Assembly (NCBI GenBank): GCA_951406725.2
Contig: OX597833.1
Location: 61,690,001-61,754,000, forward strand
Direction of reading: 5' to 3'
Length of the DNA stretch: 64,000 bases
Source: Octopus vulgaris
Taxonomy: Eukaryota
The translations under genes were made by a program, and so were the position numbers. This document shows, piece by piece, positions 60,751-64,000 of this stretch. Under the pieces are notes generated by a model. It was not told where the DNA came from. It saw nothing but the letters and a program-made list of their open reading frames with translations, and did no database searches. Positions within the stretch are counted from its first letter, which is position 1. Each line of letters opens with the position of its first letter.

Positions 60751-61378
60751 ATGTCTGTGTTTGTCCCCCTAGCATTGCTTGACAACCGATGCTGGTGTGT
60801 TTACGTCCCCGTCACTTAGCGGTTCGGCAAAAGAGACCGATAAAATAAGTACTGGGCTTACAAAGAATAAGTCCCGGGGTCGATTTGCTCGACTAAAGGT
60901 GGTGCTCCAGCATGGCCGCAGTCAAATGACTGAAACAAGTAAAAAGAGTAAAGAGTATACATAATTATGCATACACACATGCTCATAATCTCTGGTTTCC
61001 ATAGATGCTTGATGGATAATGGAGAAATAATCTATATAAGTGAAGTTGATGAAAGATTCTGAGGAAAATTACTTCCTCTCACCCTGAGGCAAAAATAAAT
61101 TGCTGCTGGGGCAAAAAAAATTTCCAAAAATGTCATAAAAAAACGACAATGCAAAAAAAAAAATGTAAGAGGAAGGTAAAATCCCAAGAAAATATTTGAA
61201 TGTTTTAAGGTTGCGGAATATATTTGGTTTGTGTAAATGATTTTTATTTTGTTTAATGAGTTGAAGATGTTGTGTGTTGTTTGTTTGCAGTGTGTTGTAC
61301 CTGCCAGTATGGGTGAATACGTCGGAGATGTCGGAAATGTCAACTCCCGAATTTAGCATCAATGTTACATCTGATGAG
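9685..61378 (+). CDS. HDAC10: Class IIb histone deacetylase, HDAC10-like (active deacetylase domain + pseudo-deacetylase domain); 21 coding exons in window, 3' end beyond window
   Basis: Manual splicing of 21 GT-AG exons with consistent phases gives 1701 nt/567 aa without stops: [21 protein letters not shown]...[15 protein letters not shown]...GYCYLNNV...[16 protein letters not shown]...[16 protein letters not shown]...GFNINVPLN...[23 protein letters not shown]...ILEGGY..., then a degenerate second domain. Family assignment is secure; HDAC10 vs HDAC6 orthology is inferred from the dead second domain and the Glu gatekeeper. Confidence 0.88.
11182..11326 (+). CDS. HDAC10: HDAC10-like coding exon 2 ([48 protein letters not shown])
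   Basis: ttttag acceptor, gtaaga donor; matches class II HDAC N-terminal TGxxYxxxMxxHxCxW...ExPxR...L.ERC pattern. Confidence 0.92.
11401..11793 (-). mobile_element. Non-autonomous Helitron-like element
   Basis: On - strand: 5' TC start, 3' hairpin cccgagcaacgccggg then CTAG end, inserted between A and T, no TSD. Confidence 0.7.
12283..12697. repeat. (CAT/CAC/CGT)n trinucleotide tract
   Basis: Source of spurious poly-Asp/Met/Ser ORFs. Confidence 0.95.
12953..13648 (+). mobile_element. tRNA-derived SINE family A (CORE-like accttgggcaagt segment) with internal ~128-bp triplication
   Basis: Head ggagtggctgtgtggtaag...gttcagtcccactgc, tail gactgaaacaagtaaaagag. Other copies ~26-410(-), 1015-1540(+), 13935-14305(-), 25530-25940(+), 28924-29420(-), 50277-50692(-), 50710-50917(+), 53295-53655(-), 60074-60452(-), 60552-60956(+). 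Confidence 0.82.
13706..13843 (+). CDS. HDAC10: HDAC10-like coding exon 3 ([14 protein letters not shown]...KYDSLYFHK)
   Basis: ttcag acceptor, gtaaag donor, 138 nt phase 0-0; HS and YDSxY motifs. Confidence 0.93.
14563..15143 (-). mobile_element. 5'-truncated LINE (CR1/L2/Jockey group) ORF2 C-terminus + 3' UTR
   Basis: [10 protein letters not shown]...[13 protein letters not shown]...LDTLKLRR...WNKLP, (TTA)n tail. Confidence 0.85.
15415..16052 (+). mobile_element. RTE-like LINE 3' end / RTE-tailed SINE (family D)
   Basis: [16 protein letters not shown]-like C-terminus, internal tandem gtgccggtggcacgtaaaaagcacc units, tail ccaacccatgccagcatggaaagcggacgttaaacgatgatgat. Other copies ~1317-1450(-), 9217-9510(-), 10545-10725(-), 23515-23700(-), 36355-36620(+), 40230-40415(-), 48445-48847(+), 57035-57470(-), 59100-59267(+). 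Confidence 0.7.
16154..16225 (+). CDS. HDAC10: HDAC10-like coding exon 4 ([24 protein letters not shown])
   Basis: ttcag / gtaag, 72 nt, phase 0-0; A..AxG...LVD.V helix of HDAC fold. Confidence 0.92.
16393..17320 (-). mobile_element. tRNA-derived SINE family B, head-to-tail multimer (~5 units)
   Basis: Head aaggcggcga(g/t)ctggcagaaacgttagc, B-box gagttc(a/g)aattcc, body gcctttcatcctttcggggtcgataaattaagtaccag. Other copies ~4131-4548(+), 7727-7930(+), 8762-9140(+), 17476-17697(-), 18201-18400(+), 25283-25507(-), 28019-28407(+), 43219-43390(+), 53698-54346(-). Confidence 0.82.
17327..17422 (-). pseudogene. RNU6: U6 snRNA pseudogene / retrocopy
   Basis: Reverse complement reads CGGCGGTACATATTCTAAAATTGGAACGATACAGAGAAGATTAGTATGGCTCCTGTGCAAGGATGACACGCAAATTCGTGAAGTGTTCCATATTTT, near-identical to U6 (ACAGAGA box intact). 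It has four C>T changes, including the catalytic AGC triad (AGC>AGT), and lacks about 10 nt of the 5' end. Confidence 0.92.
18573..18598 (+). CDS. HDAC10: HDAC10-like coding exon 5, 26-nt microexon (IRNGFALVR)
   Basis: cacag / gtaag; NGFAxVR precedes PPGHH. Confidence 0.93.
18940..19596 (-). mobile_element. Second copy of same LINE family
   Basis: [20 protein letters not shown]...; highly similar to 14563-15143 including 3' UTR. Confidence 0.87.
19962..22126. repeat. Long inverted repeat: arms ~19962-20452 and ~21634-22126, microsatellite-rich spacer
   Basis: Arms read as exact reverse complements by eye, including ~4-5 internal 42-43-bp tandem units (aattgtcacattg.atattatg..ttcaaaaa.gttttttacat). 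Confidence 0.9.
22709..22823 (+). ncRNA. Hammerhead-like motif with long stem II
   Basis: ct-CTGAAGA(22715)-ggccgtggggca...tgccctcactgcc-GAAAC-agct-GTC-ag; palindromic acagctgt stem III; weak stem I. Confidence 0.55.
24845..24946 (+). CDS. HDAC10: HDAC10-like coding exon 6 ([34 protein letters not shown])
   Basis: ccag / gtaag; catalytic His-His dyad and GYC/NN motif. Confidence 0.96.
26341..26635 (+). mobile_element. tRNA-derived SINE family C
   Basis: Head ggaggcacaatggcccagtggttagggcagcggactcgcggtc...gtttcgattcccagacc (A/B boxes). Other copies ~28421-28577(-), 44640-45010(-, two), 49234-49397(-), 51320-51673(-). Confidence 0.8.
26763..26831 (+). CDS. HDAC10: HDAC10-like coding exon 7 ([23 protein letters not shown])
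   Basis: aacag / gtaagt; Zn-binding D-x-H motif. Confidence 0.96.
27850..27976 (+). CDS. HDAC10: HDAC10-like coding exon 8 ([42 protein letters not shown])
   Basis: ccag / gtaagg; SxHRY..G.FWP and GxGxGFNINVP motifs. Confidence 0.96.
28814..28879 (+). CDS. HDAC10: HDAC10-like coding exon 9 ([22 protein letters not shown])
   Basis: ccag / gtaagc; DY.A.F...L.P.A.E motif. Confidence 0.95.
30112..30590 (+). mobile_element. Family D element with 52-bp target-site duplication
   Basis: Flanks 30060-30111 and 30591-30642 identical except one base. Confidence 0.85.
30936..31147. mobile_element. piggyBac-like MITE (TTAA target)
   Basis: ttaa|ccctttcgttacc...ggtaacgaaaggg|ttaa. Confidence 0.85.
32528..32587 (+). 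CDS. HDAC10: HDAC10-like coding exon 10 ([20 protein letters not shown])
   Basis: ttcag / gtatgc; third Zn ligand Asp (GYD) and gatekeeper Glu (codon 272 of the model). Confidence 0.95.
32740..33620 (-). mobile_element. Decayed Tc1/mariner-superfamily transposon
   Basis: - strand translates, with stops, to [22 protein letters not shown]...[16 protein letters not shown]...VVEANGDF (DDE/D transposase C-terminus); imperfect TIRs gtgaataaactgtcgtc / ggcgacaatttacccatcac. Confidence 0.8.
33633..34201. repeat. Diverged tandem duplication (~230-bp unit at 33633-33860 and 33972-34201)
   Basis: Shared tccattgataaa...gtctgggagtcctaat...ttttagcagttgaaatat...aaactttgctta. Confidence 0.8.
34215..34959 (-). 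repeat. ~270-310-bp tandem array containing tRNA-like sequence (2 full + 1 truncated unit)
   Basis: agcgttgagatgtcttagaaag at 34251, 34521, 34829. - strand tRNA-like tagattaatggtttagagca-ccgcga-tgcgtaa-tcacgg-aggt-gtgagttcatgtctcat followed by a T5-6 run. Confidence 0.7.
35100..35730. repeat. CCA-rich minisatellite (acaacctctagtt unit)
   Basis: Recurring ccacaacctctagttgtaacaccacccctacc units; no splice context. Confidence 0.85.
36660..37150 (-). mobile_element. Retroelement 3' end with (TAA)n tail
   Basis: tgagagagcagtgcatgccatcaaagtgacactgggg... repeated at ~36170-36345 and ~55265-55640, each next to an (ATT)n run. Confidence 0.65.
38158..38631. mobile_element. Two adjacent piggyBac-like MITEs (38158-38377, 38409-38631), same family as 30936
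   Basis: ccctt...aaggg|ttaa termini and shared internal sequence aaatcttccaccaaaccttagtcacaa. Confidence 0.85.
38767..39197. mobile_element. Inverted-repeat-bounded element (~78-bp arms) carrying a hammerhead
   Basis: Arms 38767-38844 taaaatatatttgccaac...gacatc and 39120-39197 gatgtc...ttggcaaatatatttta. Confidence 0.7.
38987..39033 (+). ncRNA. Minimal type I hammerhead ribozyme motif
   Basis: acacaca-CTGAAGA-tgggt(aacc)actca-GAAAC-ctgg-GTC-tgtgtgt: 7-bp stem I, 5-bp stem II, intact core, GUC cleavage triplet (cut after 39026). Confidence 0.75.
39455..39672. mobile_element. piggyBac-like MITE, fourth copy
   Basis: ttaa|ccctttcattacc...ggtaatgaaaggg|ttaa, 54 bp upstream of exon 11. Confidence 0.85.
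39727..39816 (+). CDS. HDAC10: HDAC10-like coding exon 11 ([30 protein letters not shown])
   Basis: ctag / gtaagt; G.M.V.P..YAH.T..L..LA.G motif. Confidence 0.95.
39921..40027 (+). CDS. HDAC10: HDAC10-like coding exon 12 ([35 protein letters not shown])
   Basis: ttcag / gtaaac after a 104-nt intron; catalytic Tyr in EGGY, LLGDP motif. Confidence 0.95.
40712..40837 (+). CDS. HDAC10: HDAC10-like coding exon 13 ([22 protein letters not shown]...TMPP)
   Basis: tacag / gtaaga; ESI..V...H..YW..L end of HDAC domain; 126 nt phase 2-2. Confidence 0.92.
41300..41876. repeat. 18-bp pyrimidine repeat (tctcaccttcctcctctc) followed by 10-bp catacaga(c/t)a repeat
   Basis: Direct reading, intron between exons 13 and 14. 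Confidence 0.9.
41933..42079 (+). CDS. HDAC10: HDAC10-like coding exon 14, interdomain linker ([14 protein letters not shown]...PTDVPTI)
   Basis: ttcag / gtaggc, 147 nt open, phase 2-2. Confidence 0.85.
44221..44274 (+). CDS. HDAC10: HDAC10-like coding exon 15, start of pseudo-domain ([17 protein letters not shown])
   Basis: tacag / gtaagt; echoes TGxxYDxxM of domain start. Confidence 0.85.
45380..46655. repeat. Compound (TAA)n/(GAT)n/(GGT)n tract with higher-order unit
   Basis: Repeated gattgtggttggtggtggtagt + (gat)n blocks. Confidence 0.93.
47931..47985 (+). CDS. HDAC10: HDAC10-like coding exon 16 ([18 protein letters not shown])
   Basis: Strong polypyrimidine ccag acceptor, gtaatg donor, phase fits neighbours; little homology support. 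Confidence 0.72.
50120..50167 (+). CDS. HDAC10: HDAC10-like coding exon 17 ([16 protein letters not shown])
   Basis: ttccag / gtaatt, phase 0-0; LVxx.IE echoes LVDKVIENE of domain 1. Confidence 0.75.
52240..52980. repeat. Minisatellite built on ~11-12-bp (cttagcagtccag / cttagcaatccag) units
   Basis: Direct reading; degenerate edges, homogeneous core. Confidence 0.92.
53239..53264 (+). CDS. HDAC10: HDAC10-like coding exon 18, 26-nt microexon (IQNGVFVSL)
   Basis: ttccag / gtaagt; same size and phase as exon 5 (IRNGFALVR). Confidence 0.85.
54923..54997 (+). CDS. HDAC10: HDAC10-like coding exon 19 ([25 protein letters not shown])
   Basis: tacag / gtaaac, phase 2-2, positional paralogue of exon 6 but PPGHH absent. 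Confidence 0.78.
56397..56465 (+). CDS. HDAC10: HDAC10-like coding exon 20 ([23 protein letters not shown])
   Basis: ttcag / gtaagt; 69 nt like exon 7; RILxVD kept, DVHH lost. Confidence 0.88.
57651..58068. repeat. 32-bp minisatellite tttttataaatcacaatcagtcacaatcacaa
   Basis: About 12 units by eye, built from tcacaa subunits. Confidence 0.92.
59317..59401 (+). ncRNA. Degenerate hammerhead-like motif with long stem II
   Basis: gct-CTGAGGA-ag-ctatagggt..atgtactga...tcagtgcat..atcttatag-aa-GAAAC-agct-GTA-agc; stem II base is mismatched. Confidence 0.45.
59569..59964 (-). mobile_element. Non-autonomous Helitron-like element
   Basis: Same 3' hairpin + CTAG terminus, 5' TC, A|T insertion site. 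Confidence 0.7.
61291..61378 (+). CDS. HDAC10: HDAC10-like coding exon 21 ([29 protein letters not shown])
   Basis: tgcag / gtaagt; VLY...F.INV parallels exon 8. Confidence 0.88.
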
Positions 61379-61410
61379 GTAAGTTGGAAAGAAAAACAAA
61401 AAAAACAACA

Positions 61411-61794
61411 TCTCTCTCTATATAAACGGCAGTTTGTCTGTGCGTGTTTCTGTGTGTCTGTTTGCTTGTACCCTCACCCTGACCACGGCTTTCAACCGAT
61501 TCTTATGAAACTTAACACACACATAGCCGAATGTCATAATTCAAAACTAACGCAGCGAAAATTTTGAAAAGTTCCCCCAGTTCTGAAAAAAATCGATAAA
61601 TTCGACATGGGGGTCGAGAATCAGAAACACAAACCGCAAACTGTCTAGGGGACGCAACTCCACCTTTTTAACTAAAAAAAAACATTTATCATCATTTTTT
61701 TCCATTTTTTTGCTATTTTTTGGCTATAACTCTCTAAAAATGCTTTATAGTTATTTCCCTTACAAACCTGAGCAACGCCGGGCGATACTGCTAG
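61411..61794 (+). mobile_element. Non-autonomous Helitron-like element
   Basis: a|tctctctctatataaa...cctgagcaacgccgggcgatactgCTAG|t. Confidence 0.7.
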
Positions 61795-61870
61795 TATACT
61801 TATATATAGACATACACACATACATACATGCATGCATACATACATATATATATGCACATACATACATACA

Positions 61871-61904
<34 letters not shown>

Positions 61905-62821
61905 CATATATATACACACATACATACATATATACATATATATATACACACACACACACATACATACACACATACCCACACACACACATGCATACATACA
62001 TACATGCATGCATAGATACATACATACATACATACATACATACATACACACATACACACACACATGCATACATACATACATACATACATATATACATACA
62101 TACATAATACATACTACATACATACACACATACATACATACATACACACATACATACATACCTACATTCATACAGGCATATGTACATACATACACACATA
62201 CATACAAAACATACATACATACATACACACATACACATACACACACACATACATACATACATACATACATACACACACATACATACATACATACATACAT
62301 ACATACATACATACATACATACATACATACATACTTGCACACACACACACACCTATAAATTAGAAAAAAACACCTTTAATCAATTCAATAATGAAAAATT
62401 AAATTATACCATTTAGAAAAATTACATATTATAGAAAGATTAAATATATGATAAAACATATAACGATGATTAGGTAATTTGCAAAATAATAAATAAAGCG
62501 TATAAATTTAGTAGAATAATGACACATGTTTTGTGGCTATATTTAAGAAATGATAATAGTAATAATAATAGTAAAATTAATTAATCATCGTTATATGTTT
62601 TATCTTATATTTAATCTTTCTATAAGATGTAATTTTTCTAAATGGTATAATTTAATTTTTCGTTATTGAATTGATAAAAGGTGTTTTTTTTTCTAATTTA
62701 TATATATATATATATATATATTATATTTTGTGAAATTTGATTTAGTATTACTAAATTGAATTTTTCCCTGTAAGTTTGGAATAATATTCCCTCATATCAT
62801 TATTATTATTATTATTATTAT

Positions 62822-63200
62822 TACCCCAACCGCAGAACGGGGCGCCACTGCATGGTGCCAAAGATTCCAACATCACCATCAAAATACAGGTCCAGATACT
62901 GCAACAGCTTGGGTTTCAGAGGACTACAGCTCTTCAACATCTTCCCTAAATGCCTGAGAGACTTGCATGGTGTGGATGTGGGTTTCTTTAAAACTAAACT
63001 AGATCTCTTCTTGTCAGGGGTCCCAGATGAACCTACCTCATGACAGGAGACACAGATGCGGGCAGCGGCATCGAACTCCCTTGATGATCAAGTGCCATGT
63101 ATCAGAGGTGGTTTCACATACTAGTGTAGCTCATTCAACGGTGGTGCCCCAGCATGGCCGCGGCCTTTGGTCTAAAACATTTTTAAGGATTTAAGGATTT
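62822..63200 (+). mobile_element. CR1-like LINE 3' fragment
   Basis: ORF YCNSLGFRGLQLFNIFPKCLRDLH...FKTKLDLFLSGVPDEP, 3' UTR ggtggtgccccagcatggcc, short tandem tail ttaagga. Confidence 0.72.
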
Positions 63201-63382
63201 ATATATATATATATATATATATAAATAATGGAGAAATTGTACAAAATGTATAAACAGATGATGATTTAAGCACTGGCACAGTTTCGATTACCTGTTGTTA
63301 TCCATAGATTTACTGCTGGGACTTCGCAGTGGTGGTTGGGGTAACAGTATTAATAAAATAGTAGATGGAATGTGTGAAAGAC

Positions 63383-63441
63383 TTTATTGGGTACAACTCA
63401 TGTTTCGACCCATTCTGGGTCTCTTCAGGTGCATCAATAAA
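63383..63441 (-). ncRNA. Mirror copy of hammerhead motif (antisense arm of palindrome)
   Basis: Reverse complement tttattgatgcacCTGAAGAgacccagaatgggtcGAAACatgaGTTgtacccaataaa; one stem I mismatch. Confidence 0.6.
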
Positions 63442-63477
63442 AAGTCATACTAGAGATTTCTTGAGTCAGCTTACGTA

Positions 63478-63536
63478 TTTATTGATGTACCTGAAGAGAC
63501 CCAGAATGGGTCGAAACATGTGTTGTACCCAATAAA
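63478..63536 (+). ncRNA. Minimal type I hammerhead ribozyme motif
   Basis: tttattg-at-gtac-CTGAAGA-gaccc(agaat)gggtc-GAAAC-atgt-GTT-gtac-c-caataaa: bulged stem I, perfect stem II, palindromic stem III loop (acatgt), GUU site. Confidence 0.75.
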
Positions 63537-63878
63537 GTCTATTACACATTCCATCTACTATTTTATTAATACAGTTACCCCAATCACTTCTGCGAAGTCC
63601 CAGCAGTAAATCTACGGATAACAACAGGGAATCGAAACTGTACTGGAGTTGATCATGAGCTGAATAGCCTAACCACTAAGCCACATTCCTTTACCCCCCC
63701 ACACACACACACATACACACACACACACCCCACACACATATGTATGCATATATATACATACACAGTCATATACATACATATATATATATATTTACATGTG
63801 TGTGTGTGTGTTTGAGTGTGTGTGTATGTACATATATATATATATATATGTTTTTATATATATATGTGTGTGTGTGTG

Positions 63879-63942
<64 letters not shown>

Positions 63943-64000
63943 TATATATCATACACGCACACATACACACATGTATCGTCGCCACTGCTGTCAGCCATCT

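Larger units (their letters stand above)
63278..63641. repeat. Palindrome, ~164-bp arms, ~36-nt loop (Penelope-like pLTR remnant)
   Basis: Arms 63278-63441 / 63478-63641; each contains a hammerhead motif. Confidence 0.88.

Noticed and set aside
9685-61378. Calling the gene canonical HDAC6
   Set aside because: Second domain lacks PPGHH and DxH ligands. A ZnF-UBP cannot be checked because the 3' end is outside the window, so HDAC6 ancestry is not excluded.

Overview
Eukaryotic, AT-rich, repeat-saturated genomic DNA. The SINE families and microsatellite load suggest an octopus/coleoid cephalopod (inference, not proven). Almost all long ORFs in the supplied track are microsatellite or repeat artefacts. 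The real content is one + strand spliced gene of the class IIb histone deacetylase family (HDAC10/HDAC6-like). I assembled by hand a putative non-coding first exon (donor at 6677) and 21 coding exons from ATG 9685 to 61378. All have GT-AG boundaries and consistent phases, giving 567 codons, and the gene runs off the right edge. Domain 1 keeps all catalytic motifs (RPPGHH, DWDVHH, GYD, EGGY) and has an HDAC10-type gatekeeper Glu (GCPE-G), but it lacks the vertebrate PEACE insertion. Domain 2 is a pseudo-deacetylase that keeps the exon sizes and phases of domain 1. Introns hold at least four SINE families, CR1/L2-like and RTE LINE ends, a Tc1/mariner relic, several MITE families with clear TSDs, Helitron-like elements, a U6 snRNA pseudogene abutting a SINE multimer, a tRNA-like tandem array and minisatellites. 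The main unexpected signals are about eight minimal type I hammerhead-ribozyme-like motifs (several in the sense of the pre-mRNA and inside inverted repeats) and inverted repeats that closely bracket frame-symmetric exons (circRNA, skipping or ADAR-editing candidates).
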